Shown here: positions 14,788-27,239 of the stretch, one piece after another | How positions within the stretch are numbered: the first letter of the stretch is position 1 | How the letters are laid out: each line of letters begins with the position of its first letter | Assembly (NCBI GenBank): GCA_051362555.1 | Contig: CM120641.1 | Span: 20,894,001-20,958,000, forward strand | Source: Lingula anatina | Lineage: Eukaryota > Animalia > Brachiopoda | Length of the DNA stretch: 64,000 nt | Direction of reading: 5' to 3' | Position numbers and translations under genes: made by a program | Notes under the pieces: generated by a model | The model's input: the letters and a program-made list of their open reading frames with translations, nothing else | What the model was told of the DNA's origin: nothing | Databases searched by the model: none

Positions 14788-16881
14788 AACTGGAAGATTA
14801 AAAGTTTGAATAGCATCTTCATTGGAATTATATTTACCACAAGCTTTGCCAAGGCGGTTATATTTTCACCCCTGTTTGTCTGTCATCCACATAACACAAA
14901 AAAGTTATGGACCGATTTTGCAGAAATTTTCAGGAACTGTCGGAAGTGGGCCAAAGAGGACAATGATTAATTTTTGGTGGTGGTCCGGATCAATGATCAA
15001 TCAATTATCAATAATAATCAACAATTGCTGCCTTGGCAGAGGTCTGCACTCTCAAAGTGCTTTTCTAGTTTTGTTGTTTTCCTTTATAATTTTTTCTCAA
15101 ACACTTGCATTTGTGACTTTTAACACTCATCTGCCTGGGGCTCTGCACATTTTCTGTATTGCTACATAAGCAGTTGTATTGTTTTTTATGTCTTTAAACA
15201 TTATGTAATATTATTTTATGCACTGTCATCATTTTTCAAATATTGAGACTTTCATCATGTGAATTTGAACTCTCATGGTCCTGAAACTGTAATCTTATTG
15301 AAGGGGTGGATTGAGACCATCTTCTGGGTCTTCCGGAAGACAGTCAGGTTATTAAGTTTATATTGACTGGTATCTATTTTTTTCTGTTGGAAGACCATCA
15401 AAATGGAGGATGGATCAACATAGATACTTTGTAATACTGTCAGAAAATATCTCTGGGTCTGCTCCTGTTATTGACCATGTTACCTGTTGTGCAAGATTAA
15501 AATTCAGTGTTGACTGACAGTGCTATTATAAGCATTATTTATTATTGCATCAAAATTGACAAAATGACCTTTTTTGCATCTTTATTTTCTGTTTTTTGTC
15601 TGTACATTTGACAGCTTTGCTGCCTTGTTTTTCTTTAGATACCAGTCGTCCACGACGTGACAGTGAGGTGAATGGGAAAGACTACCACTTTGTGCCGAGG
15701 CATGTGTTCGAGGCAGACATCATGGGGAGTAGGTTCGTGGAGCATGGGGAGTATGAGAACAACCTGTACGGCACCAGTATAGAAGCAATAAGGAATGTTG
15801 TCAGTGAAGGAAAGATCTGTGTTCTTAATCTCCAACCACAGGTAGAGTATCAAATACGCACCATTCTAGGTAGCAGGGGTCACCCTGACACAACTTGTTC
15901 TAGTCTGTGTATTAGCTGTAAGTAAAGCTCCTTTGACATATAGTATGTCCAGTGTAGTGTTAGAACATGGGACTAATGAGATGAGTCTTTGAAACTATAG
16001 ATGTTAGTCTATCATCCATTTGATTTTTATAGACAGAAGACTAAGATTTTCATACGAGAAAGTCTTTGATGTACAGCTTATTTATATTTGGTTATTTTCA
16101 GTCTTTACGGATTTTGAAGAATTCTGATCTGAAGCCGTATGTTGTATTCATATCGCCCCCATATCTGGAACTTTTACGTCAGAATCTTGCCAAAAATGGC
16201 CATCATGCAACAGTAAGTGTTCTGTTTGAATGTAAAATTTGAAATTGTATATATATATATAAATAGGTGAAAATTTGGAAATTATGAAGCTTTCAAGCTG
16301 TCCTGTTCTAAAAAGACTCCATAACATATGTTAAACGGCTTTTGAAAAGTTATGTTCTTTAGTAAACAAATATATTCATTTGTCAACGATAATAATGAAA
16401 CCTATCACAGTCTTCATCTCCCCGATGAAGTCTGAATGTCAGAAGACAGATTATGGGCTGGTGAATCTCAGTTAATTTTTCTAAAGCTATTGACAAATGA
16501 AGCTTTATTTTTTCATTCTCTATGCTTTATTTTAAACAAACTATCTTAGAGTTCATGATCCACCAAGATTTGCCAGAGCAAAATTACTGTTTTAATTTGA
16601 AGGCTTAAAAGTCATCACGGTGGCATATGTCCTTTTTTCAAAGTGACTTGTGTTCATTACATGCTTCTTGCGCCTAAATTATAATTTTCTCCCATTTCCA
16701 GGAAGATGAATTGAAGGAGATTATAGAAAGAGGACGTGAGATGGAGAATGATTATGGTCATTACTTTGACTATGTTATTGTTAATATGGACATGGACAAA
16801 GCATATGATGAAATGTTACAAGAGATCAATCGATTGGAAGAAGAACCACAGTGGGTGCCAGCCATGTGGCTCAATTCATAA
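6..16881 (+). CDS. MPP5: MAGUK p55 subfamily member 5 (PALS1/Stardust). Exons approx. 6-951, 2703-2992, 4037-4198, 7816-7891, 9389-9552, 9815-10014, 10618-10739, 11167-11328, 15639-15841, 16102-16212, 16702-16881
   Basis: Phase-consistent GT-AG exons encode ECR1 [12 protein letters not shown]2-like [18 protein letters not shown] and two L27-like helical regions. These are followed by a PDZ ([34 protein letters not shown]), an SH3 ([26 protein letters not shown]), a Lys-rich HOOK and a GuK ([26 protein letters not shown]). Further upstream exons outside the window are possible. Confidence 0.95.
992..1050. repeat. Compound (TTTA)n-(TTAG)n microsatellite
   Basis: Directly visible in MPP5 intron 1. 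Confidence 0.9.
7423..7535. repeat. ~37-bp tandem repeat, about 3 diverged copies
   Basis: catgaagacaatgacagaaataaaca.. recurs at ~7423 and ~7460, with a degenerate copy at ~7497. Confidence 0.7.
8430..8651. mobile_element. Short MITE, PIF/Harbinger-like termini
   Basis: Imperfect terminal inverted repeats ggcccagtttcacaaaaa ... tttttgtgacacgggcc, with no coding capacity. Confidence 0.6.
14731..14784. repeat. (TA)n microsatellite
   Basis: Directly visible. Confidence 0.95.
14827..15070 (+). mobile_element. Short HINE (Helentron-associated) element nested in the larger element
   Basis: 5' gccaaggcggttatattttcacccctgtttgtctgtc and 3' ccttggcagaggtctgcactctcaaagtgcttttctagtt. This gives a subterminal IR gccaagg/ccttggc, a 3' hairpin gcact..agtgc and a CTAGT end, the typical HINE layout. 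Confidence 0.75.
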
Positions 16882-19403
16882 TACAGGCAGGGCAGCTTAG
16901 ATTTCTAGACTGGCATTCAATGGAGAAACAGGAATACAATTTTTAGGGTTCTTATGGAGAAGACTCCATATTTTAGCCAATAGCTTAATATTTTAAGCTG
17001 TCATACCTTGCACCTCCGATTTGAATTTATATGAAACTTTTAAAGCCTTAGTAAAAAAAGAGAGTATATTTTATGTAAAGTAACAAATTAGAGTGCAACA
17101 AGAAAACTCTTGGTTGCTGTACCATTTATGTTGTATATGACTTTGAAAGCAGAAAGGTGATCAGTCCTTCTGAAGATGGTTCCATCTTGGTTTGCCAAAG
17201 GAATTGGTTTATATTTTTATCACAGTTGTGCACTGTATTCCAGCACCTGTAATTTAGAGTGAACCTGTGTGAAGTAAGACTGTAATGATCCAGTTGACAA
17301 AGAGTGACACACACACACTGGGAACCAGGCATGTTCAGGCTTGAGATGGTGAAGCAGCATCAGGACCACGTATCTTTCTTGTTCCCTTTTAATGCAAATT
17401 TTAATAAGCCCATTTATTTATATGATAACATATTCAGTAGTAGTGCAAGATTTGAAATGAAACACCAACTTTTCACTAACTCAGGCTCCAGGAACATATC
17501 TAGTCAGCCGCATCATCTTTGTGTTGCACACCATGTAAAAGTATTTCCAATTACGGGATGAAATATCTGAAGATTTTATGTGCAATTTCTCCGACAAATG
17601 AAAGATATTTGAAAGGCGTTGTTACATATTTGGAATTTGCCTGCATTCTGTCAGCAAATCATGCACTAACTGAACATGCACAAACTAAATCACCACAAGT
17701 GCTTTGTACTCAATTATAATATAGCTTCAGAATTTTTAATGTCACATTCATATTTTTATAAGCAGTCCAGAAAAAAAAATGTATGTTATGTACAGTATTG
17801 AGCCATGTAGATTCTGATCATGATTGTGAATTTTACCACCCTCGAGTGGTAAATCAAAGATATATTTTTTTCATGCACTTATTTACTTCTGGAAAGCGTG
17901 GGATTGGGATTTATTCTCCCTGTAATTGACAATAGATCATAAACTAACATATACAAAATGTTTTTTTTTTTTCCAAAGAAAATTTGTTGTTGAATTTAAA
18001 CTTCATCGCCTCTTTATATAGTATTTTGAATAGTTTTATCTTTTACCATTGTCATTGAAGTGAACAAAATTATGAACTGCTGATCCAGTCTTGTACAGAT
18101 TTGTACATATCATTTGTAACTTAAATAATAACAAATATACATATATTAAAGAAAACGAGTTGATGTTTTAAATTAAAATGTGGCATGCATAATTTGTATT
18201 AATGAAAAAATTCATTCATAGTGATTGCGATAGAGAAGCTTGCAGGTCAGGTTGTTTCCAGTTCAATGATCTTTAGTTTGATGTTCTTCCATAATTTTGC
18301 AATGGTACACCCTTGGTAAATTGCTAAAACTGATTACTGACTTTTGACTGTCATTAAAACGGAGTCAAACACATTCACATCAGTGAAATTACTATGTACA
18401 AATACCACAAAATGTAAAGTCTATTAATCCTATAATGGTCACAGGATAGTGTCCAGTGCACACCTGCATAAAGATAAAGTCCTCTTAATATCATGAGTTT
18501 CTTCAGTTCGCTCAGTCAACAGTGTAAATTAGTTCACTAGACTACCAAAAAATTACATCCAAAGGAGTCCTCCACTACAACATCAAAAAATACATCAGAA
18601 ACCTTAGCTTAGAGTGTATATGTTGTACTGCTATTAATAAATGTACCTTCTATTTTCTAAGACATGATGAACATAAATTGAGTCTACCTGAAATATGCTT
18701 TTCCCAAACCAATTTCTTACTTTTTCTAGCCTAATGGTGGTAAATCCTCAGCCAGGAATCCTGGCACCATAATACACATCTAGATAGATTACATTTTATT
18801 TATTCTGAATTGTGAGCAAAAGCACAAGAAATAAAGAAAACATTCTTTTTCACAATATCAGCAAGTCAAGAAGTCAAAATTGAATTGGAGAGATAAACAT
18901 ATCAATAAATCTCTCTAGTACATTTGATAGCCCTAAAAGATGCGACTGATCTGAACTCCAAATAATTGAAATTAGTGATTTTTTTCTCTGAAGCCCAATT
19001 TGGACTTGAGTATAGTCACCCAACTGTCTACAAAATCAATTTTAAATGAAAACGTCCAACTTACATCAGAATTTTGAGTAGTTTATTACGTAAGCTGATT
19101 ATATCTGGCAGTCACCTGAAGAATGAAATTATTTCAGGTTGCATAAAACAGTTTAAACAGAGCTGGATATTTCAGAAAAAACCTTCTCCCATATGTATAT
19201 GTACATGTAATGTTTCTAATATCTAGAACGTTTTGACTTGTAAAAGTGATAACGAAAAAGTTAACTTTTAGGGATTACCATAAAATCATTCATTATAATC
19301 AGCTATTTTTTCTGACACAAAATACTTAGTGCAGAAAAATGTAAACTTTAAAAAAATACAGACAATGACTGTACATAAATAACATGAGAATTAAGAAAGC
19401 TGA

Positions 19404-22189
19404 TCAGGTCTTGGACTGGGAGGAATCACCATCCTTCACCATTTTTTCAGCATGTTCCAGAAGCTCATCCTGTGACAGTGTAAAACCACTCTCTTTCCAC
19501 AGTTTTCTCAGAGCTGCAAGCGTAACTGCAATTTCTCGTTTCTTCAATCCCATCTTAACTAAAAACTGTCCATGCACAGGAAATCTGGGTATATTCCAAT
19601 CATCAGGCTGCGATAGAAGTTCTTTATTACCAAAGTACTTAAGAAGTTCACATATCTTTTCTTTTGTTTTCACCACACTTCCTTCTGTGTCACAGAGCAA
19701 TTCCTTGCAGTAATAGATTTTATCTTGGGTGTTCTGATCTCCACGATGCTTCTGAACAAACAGTGCTATGCCCAGATCATCATTTGAAAACTTGACTCTT
19801 TCTCTAAATTGATAAATCTGAAAACATAATTAAATAAGTGTAGGAGGTCAGGTCACTTTACAGCTAGTTTATTAGTTTTCTTTCTTTTGCACTGGCAAGG
19901 CCATCAATCTATCTATTAGGGCACATTCAGAACAGATGATCTGAGTACTAACTGATCTGCCAACTACTTCTCCCCCTCTGCCCCCACTTCAAAAGTAATG
20001 CCACTAATTCCATGATGGTCTCTCTGCCTCCTCACCCACCGTTGCTGCAGGGGCCTTACAATTAAATCCCAGAGCCAAGGTTTTAAGCCATTTAATGGCG
20101 GATGTGGAGGTGGGGAGACAATCGGAAATCAGCAGCATTGCTTTTAAAGTAGGGTCAGCCATATTTAGTCAGCGGATCATCTTTTTCTGAATGCGCTCTT
20201 CCATTGTTTACAGTTTGGCCATTACCCAGGAGCAGAGAGGTTCTTGCACTACTTGGTCAGGTCACAATGTCTGTGACATGTACAATTAAAAAAGGTCAAG
20301 ACGTAATGATCACTGTTTGTGTATCAATGGTAATTCATATCACCCCCAAAATATGCGATTATTTCTTTCTTTGTCTATTTGTGACCTATCCTGAAAACTT
20401 CATCAAAATCTGTCAATGACTTTTTGCATGATGCTGCATACAGACAAACAAACAAATGGGAGGGAAAACATCCTTGTTGTAGGTAAAAATTGCCATAAAT
20501 TCACAAATATCTTAGAAAAATGTTCTACAAATTATGCCTCTCTATTTTGCATTTTGACTAAAACAATAAGAAAGACATGCCAAGGTAACAATGATGATTG
20601 CTTAAAGCATGGAATAACCAAAAATGTTTCTTAATAACTGTAATTTATCAATATATAAAAACCATGTATCATTTTTCTTACATCTTCCTCCTTATGAAGA
20701 AGAGCTGTTACCATGGTCATTGGCTTTGGGTCCAATTCTTTTGCGCTAGCATACACATTTTTGAATTCCTCTAGGTTACAGTCTAAAGGGAGCCCTGCAA
20801 TCAGAAAATGCATTTGGAAGTAAATATAAATCAATTTTCTATGCCTTGTAAGAAAGCAGGCTGAAAAATTATCATTTTGCTATGCTTCATTAAAAGAAAG
20901 AAATAAAAAAAAACTTAAATCTGAGATAATGTGATACTGAAAATGTTGCAACATTCTCATTATATCACCCGCTTTAATCATTTTATAACTAAGAACTAAA
21001 TAATGATGAGCTAAAAACAAATCAAATTACAAATTGGCATGAAATGTATAAATATAAACAGATTTATAATATTTGTAAACTATACATTCCTTACCCATAT
21101 ATTGCAGAAGGCCAAGATCAGCCATGACTCCCATTATACTTGGTGCATGATTACCAACAACTATTTTCTGTAGTTCTGTCCAAATGCGCTCTCCAGAAAT
21201 TCCTACAAAAAAAAGTACATGCCCTAGACATTGAAGATAGCTCATACACAGACATATGAAAAAAAATTCAGAGAAGCAGATGCAATGACATCTGGGCAGA
21301 AAGGACAGTTAAAGCGTTGAAAAAGAATTTTCAAAAATTTCAGCGCTTATCATCTCAACAATAGGTGCTGACATATGGAAAGCAGAGTCTGTATATAGCA
21401 GGTACAGAGCAGGTGTAACAAAGTCAGTCTTAATCTACTAGCATTTGAGATATAACAAAGAAGGAGGTGTTGTCAGATAACACAGGCTTTGTCAAACAGG
21501 TCCCTACTGTGGTTTACAAAAATAACTGCCTCTGTAAAGTTCAATACCTGTCTAGTAAAAATGAAAAATAACCTGAAGAAAAAACATCTTTCAACTCAAC
21601 ATTTCTCTTCATAACAAGTTGCTGCTCAAAATATGAGGATAAATGTACCTTTTAGACCATGCCCATTGTTTTTTATTGCCTCTAATGTTTCAACCAAATG
21701 ACAGTTTGGATCTGTAGCTATCCGTCCAAAGAACCTTCAATAAAAATAAGTGTCTTAACATGGAGAGGGTATACAATACAAAATATACTGTTATTATAAT
21801 TCCACCAAAATTATTATGGCACTATGACCAATAAGGAGTCAATCATCCATTTTATCAAGTCAATCAGAGAGTAGATTTTTAACAGATCCCTTCCTCCCCT
21901 TCAGAAAGTAACAGTGAAAGTTAAAAATGATGATCTTTCACAGCAATTTGGCATCATTTCTATTATTTTTCAGATATGCACAGAGGGTATTAACCCCTGC
22001 ACCTCCAGTGTAGGGTTTGTAGACTTGTGAAAATGATGATACAAATGGATGATCCCTAAATATGTATTTAACAAAATCAAAATTTAATTACCAAAATAAA
22101 CATCAATTTAAACATTTTCAACTGCTAGCATCTTAACGCCTGATAGTGTAAGCAGATTATTTGTTAAATTGTCAATATTCAATATTATC

Positions 22190-22238
<49 letters not shown>

Positions 22239-25200
22239 TTTTAACGAGAATGAAAACGCATCTTAAGTTGTATTTAAGTTTAACCCCACTGGACCAGATA
22301 TTAGCCTCACTTGTATAAGCTGAGGTCATAATTTAACAATGCTATCACCATCGAACTTCTTAAAAATTTTGTCTCGGGCAATTGGTTTAATTTGGACCTC
22401 ATATCTGGTTCAAAAAGTGGTTCTCATAGAGAATCTAGTTCAGCTAACAAATTATGTAACTTGTATTATAAAGCACAGACTAAATCTATTCTCGGTGAAA
22501 TTCATGAAAAAAAAAGACTGAATAGGCACAATCAGACCCCATGGCCCTACCTGAAGTATCTAAGTATCCGTAAATAATCTTCCTGAATTCTCTCCTCTGC
22601 ATTTCCTACAAACTTCACTCTCCTTTGCTCTAAATCTTCCTTGCCATTGAAGTAATCATACAATGTTCCATCAAAACCTAAATCAAAATAATTAACTCAA
22701 GAGAACATGTAAAACATATAGGACAGTCTGCGTTTAACTTGACTTCCATAAAATTTAAGTTTAACTAAAATTCAAAACCTGGACATTGATGTTGAATCTC
22801 AATGGGATTTAGTTAGTAGTTGCTACATTTTAACAAAAATATATGTATTCCCAAGCATTGTATTGAATGCAACATGTAATCCCTTACATATGTTTTTTGT
22901 AATAAATAAGTCATTAGTGCTAAAACTATTTTTAAAAAATAACCTAAGAACATTGAATTAACAGTAAGATCTCTCCTGTTGGCATCAAGTTGCCAGTCTC
23001 TGGTGAATTCCACTTTAGCACGACGTCCATCTGTCACCACATCTATACGCAGGGTGGTCACTTCATAATTTTCCTGGATTGAAAAAATTATAATACTGTT
23101 ATGTGAAATCATATCTCTAAAATTATTTCTAATTCTATCACATATTTATAAAAAAAATTCCTCCAGTTAAGCAAACAAACATGCAGACCAATATATTTGT
23201 GAAAACATTTTTTTGCAAGTAACAAAAGTCAAAATTTTATGTCATTAAAATATACTGCACATTAGCAACAGCAACCAAAAAAATACAGAATAAATCTAAA
23301 TACTTACAATTTCACAAAGCTTCCATACACTAACATAGTTCCCAAAACATTTTTTGACATGTAAACAAAATAATTTCTCCTACTCCTAACTAACAATTCT
23401 TATAATTTCATTCTCTGTTTAAAGGCTCTTTTTTGTACTTCAGATGTTACCCATGTACTGGTATCACCAACTACTTGAAGCTGATAGTTTTATTTCAAAT
23501 CTTTATTTTCACACATGAAATTCATCAGTCTCTCTCTCCAGTATGAGAACGACTCATACCGGTAACTATAAACATAGAAGACTCCATGCATACACAGGCT
23601 TATGAATCTTGATTTTGCAAAGTTAAAAAATGATGACCTTTGGCAGCAAAAAAAATATTAAAGATTTTAACTTGTTTTAGATCTGGTATACCTTGCTGAT
23701 GAAAGGCCTTGAAATTTCCAAGAAAAGTTTAATGCCCAATGCATGCCTAATAGCTTTCTTAGGTGCTGTAAGTAAGGAACACTCTGATTGGTTGCTACAA
23801 ACCCAGGATAGATGTTACTTCAACTGGCCATGGGCACCACTAACCAGCCAAGGAGGCCTGTACAGATTAGAATGGTAAAGGCAGAGTTTTGGTTTACACA
23901 GATCCATATTTCATCATTAAAAAAAAAAAAAAAAAAAAAGCTGACCTTGTCATTGATTCTTGCAGTTATGGTCCCGTGTTCTTCTCCTTTTGCATTAATC
24001 ATTCTAATTTTTTCCTTTTCAAACATAGTTTTCATTTCCTCTGGTGTAGCGGTGGTAGCAAAGTCCACATCATGTGGAGTCTTTCCCATCAGCAGGTCTC
24101 TCACTGCTCCTCCAGCTATACGCAGCTCATACTGGTAACTTTTAAATAAAGATTCTAGTTTGAGTAGCTCAGGTGTGAAAAGAGCCCTAGAGAAAAAGTA
24201 AACAGGTAAGGTTAACTGTATGTAGGTTATTTGACAAAATCTGTAAGTACTTGAACTTTCTTTGTAAGAGTATTCAATACTGTACTTATCGAAGGTATAC
24301 TTTACACATATGATAGTGTTTAAAAGTCATATTTTTATATCTAAATATTCTGCAAAGCCACTTAGCTTTCCCAAGTCAGACCTTTAAAATGATATGAACC
24401 CTCAAATAAAAATTTCCAATACCTAATATCATAATCAAAATGTCCAGATGAGAAAACACAGGAAACGGGCATTTCAAAGAAAGTAAGGTGATACAAAAAT
24501 AATATATATTACTAGCATATAACTCTTCTTGAGTTTTAAAATGGTAGATGACCCAACGATTCATAAACAAATTGTAATGAGTTGGAACAACGGTACTTAT
24601 CATCTATAGTCTGTGCCATTAAAGGGATAATAACTCTTCGTATGAGATCTATATTTTACAATAAAACATTGTGAATAACTCATAGAAATATAATATATTC
24701 TGTTTTACCACAAAAACGGCAGTTAAAGGAATTATTCTGATATCCGAGCTTGTCTTTAGACCACGTGACCTCCACTGATGGCTATACTCTGTTAAAATCT
24801 CTTAAGAGATTTTAACAAAAAACCAAACTTTTTAGAAAAAAACCAGGGACTAACTTTAAATGTAAAAATGGATTCATTAATCATTGGTAAGTATGGAAAA
24901 ATTGTTGTTTACTCCAGGAAAATTCATTTTTTGGTCGAAACGAAGAGTTATTATCCCTTTAACTTTTCAGCTTACTGGACTTGTCGACCACTTTTCTTCG
25001 TAGATCTGAATAAAAATTTCAATAAGACGGGGCATTTTCTCCAACTGCATTGATAATTTTGTCATACATTTTTTTTAGAATCATCATACACCAGCGACAT
25101 TTCAGAAAAAAAATGAAATCAAACCAAAAGTTCTTGATAACATATAGAAAAGTCTAAGAGCGCATTCTCAACGAATTAAGCCAAGCTTTACAAAGCCGGT

Positions 25201-26156
25201 GACCTAAAAATGGCGGACGTACATGAAAGAAAAACCGCCTAATCTTTTAATAGTCTCTCCGCCTCTCACACGCCTCCCCACACGTCGTCCCTGCGGGGTA
25301 CAGTAGGCCTAATTAAATCTCGGCTCCGAACATTAATATTTCCGTGAATATCTCTGGTGATATTATCTCCGTAGATAGTCGATTCATTGCTGCTCTACGG
25401 GCCAAATTATTCCTTTTTCGTCTCTGTTTTCAAAGATAATAGAACAGAAGAGCTTTTTTCCTTCGATCGCCTTCAGCCGCCATGCTTTCTTCACCACAAG
25501 TTTAACTGATGAGCATGCGCACTTAATATTTCTCAGGTAGCTTCCGCATGGCAAACGGAGACGCGATTTAATTACTGTACCCCGCAGGGACGACGTGTGG
25601 GGAGGCGGAGAGACTATTAAAAGATTAGGCAGTTTTTCTTTCATATACGTCCGCCATTTTTAGGTCACCGGCTTTGTAAAGCTTGGCTTAATTCGTTGAG
25701 AATGCGCTCTAAGTGCCATGTCAGACCCCTAAATTTACATATTCTAATAAAAAAATCTGCTGTTCCAAACAAATTTTACTGGTTGCAGGTGTAGAACCAG
25801 TGGCTAATGTGGCAGACTGTAAATAGCAATATGTTTTGCCTTTATATCACAATGTTTTATTGCAAATAACAGTTCCCTGTGTCCGGAGTAATTCTCTATA
25901 GTGCACTGCGCTGTAATGTGCATTTTAGTATGACAGCTCTGTATCTTATCAAAAACAGCAAATTTTACCTGAATTCTGGTGTATCTATTTTCATAGTCTT
26001 GAGTTTCCCTTTTTTCTTGAAGTTAGACAGCTGTGAATATGATGCAATTCTTGACCAACTTTTGAAAATCTGTGTTGTTCTGGGAAATAGTCTCGACACA
26101 CCTGTGGCAGTCCAAAACATATCCTGAACGATGAAACCTGTAATTATACTGTGCAT
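19404..26156 (-). CDS. TRNT1: CCA tRNA nucleotidyltransferase 1. Exons approx. 26156-25969, 24186-23946, 23073-22944, 22677-22551, 21734-21649, 21202-21095, 20794-20682, 19817-19404
   Basis: The spliced product has [19 protein letters not shown], motif [31 protein letters not shown], motif [11 protein letters not shown], motif [15 protein letters not shown], motif [11 protein letters not shown] and a C-terminal FPVHG. All junctions are GT-AG and in phase. Confidence 0.95.
19919..20199. mobile_element. MITE with PIF/Harbinger-like termini in the last TRNT1 intron
   Basis: Imperfect TIRs gggcacattcagaacagatgatc ... gatcatctttttctgaatgcgctc. The terminus resembles that of the 25158-25709 element. 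Confidence 0.6.
20290..20490 (-). mobile_element. Degenerate short HINE-like fragment
   Basis: tcctgaaaacttcatcaaaatctgtc...acagacaaacaaacaaa..gaaaacat..aggtaa resembles the reverse complement of the 5' part of the 14827-15070 element type. Confidence 0.45.
22191..22237. repeat. (CA)n microsatellite
   Basis: Directly visible. Confidence 0.95.
24619..24962 (+). mobile_element. ~340-bp TTAA-flanked MITE, Kolobok-like (copy 1)
   Basis: ttaa-agggataataactcttcgt ... acgaagagttattatccct-ttaa: perfect ~19-bp TIR, TTAA target duplication and AG..CT termini. Three more copies are in the window. Confidence 0.85.
25158..25709. mobile_element. Foldback MITE with ~170-bp near-perfect TIRs and TAA target duplication (PIF/Harbinger-like), in TRNT1 intron
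   Basis: taa-gagcgcattctcaacgaattaagccaagctttacaaagccggtgacctaaaaatggcggacg... is mirrored by ...cgtccgccatttttaggtcaccggctttgtaaagcttggcttaattcgttgagaatgcgctc-taa. Confidence 0.85.
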
Positions 26157-26690
26157 GTACGTCAGTTTAAATACTATGTCTATGATGAAAAAATGCGACT
26201 TACAGAGAGTACTTCATAGCCTAATTCTGAAATTTCTCTCATCTAGAGGCGATGACACTGTCATCAATCCTGATCATCCTTAGTGCTCAAGAACTTGAGA
26301 CGTTCCAATGTTTAACTTTACGTATTTGACTTAAACTGTCGAGTGGAGAGCAGAGAAAACGATTTTGTATTTAACTCATTTATATCTCCAGTATTTTGCT
26401 GTATACACGTTCTTCAACAAATGTCAAGTACCTACAAGGGGATGATGCAACATATCACATCCTACCTTATACAAAACAGTCCCTTCAACTAACCGAGATT
26501 GCCCAACGAGTGTTCATCAAGGGCGCAGCCATTTTCTGCTGCCCCGCAGTAAATAAGAAGTTAAGCAATTGTTTTGTCTTAATTTTGATAAAATACAACT
26601 TTGCGCACCATTGAACATCGCTGTATTACATATAATCCTCTAATCATTATAAGCACTGACAAAAAAGAATCCCCTAACTCTATTAAGAAA

Positions 26691-26730
26691 GTGCTCTGCG
26701 GGATACTTTTTTTTCTATCCCGCAGAGCAC
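26691..26730. repeat. Perfect 15-bp inverted repeat with 10-nt spacer between the TRNT1 and UGT starts
   Basis: gtgctctgcgggata-cttttttttc-tatcccgcagagcac. Confidence 0.85.
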
Positions 26731-27239
26731 TATCCCACGCTTGGGCTAGACGGCCCCGACTAACCAGAGCTCAGATAAAGCTGCCTCCAGTGTATCCCAC
26801 GCTAAGCTGTCGCCTAGTGGATGTCCCCTTACAAAGCTTTCTGGGGTGGGACTTATTGAAAGTGAATTCACATCGTTTAGAATGGGTAAAAACACTAAAG
26901 TACAATATGATAGTATAAGTGGCAAAAAAGCATGGATCTAGTGGTCTGATTGCAGCACACCACTGTTATCCATATGTCTCTTAACCCTTTTGAAGTACAT
27001 TAATTTTATGTTTGATAAAAGGAAAAGTATTGATTGGCAAAACATCTTGGTAAATTGTGAAGAATTATCCATATCAATGTATTAGTAATTTAATTAAAGA
27101 AGTAAAAGGACCTAATCAACTTATCAAGTTAATATGTATTAACTATGTGTGCTAGTACGTGTTGGATACTGGGGTGATAGCAGATATCTCAATTTATTCT
27201 CATTATATTTATTTCCAGATAAAAACTGAAGACATCACC

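Larger units (their letters stand above)
12196..15630 (+). mobile_element. Non-autonomous Helentron-like (HINE/DINE-type) element with internal ~161-bp tandem array, in an MPP5 intron
   Basis: Starts in a T-run with the hairpin tgtacagacaca-gatgtgtctgtaca, then a (gtcgcc)-type microsatellite and ~161-bp units starting near 12279, 12440, 12601 and 12761. It ends with subterminal tgtctgtaca plus gacagctttgctgcc-ttgttt. A highly similar copy lies at 47221-49443. Confidence 0.8.

Noticed and set aside
24868-25053. Related short ORFs [18 protein letters not shown] (also 38009-38335)
   Set aside because: The shared sequence is the Kolobok-like MITE, not a gene family.
27159-27239. N-terminal extension of the UGT ORF given in the ORF track
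   Set aside because: It begins at a non-ATG codon and spans a probable intron end (atttccag). The signal peptide follows ATG 27240.
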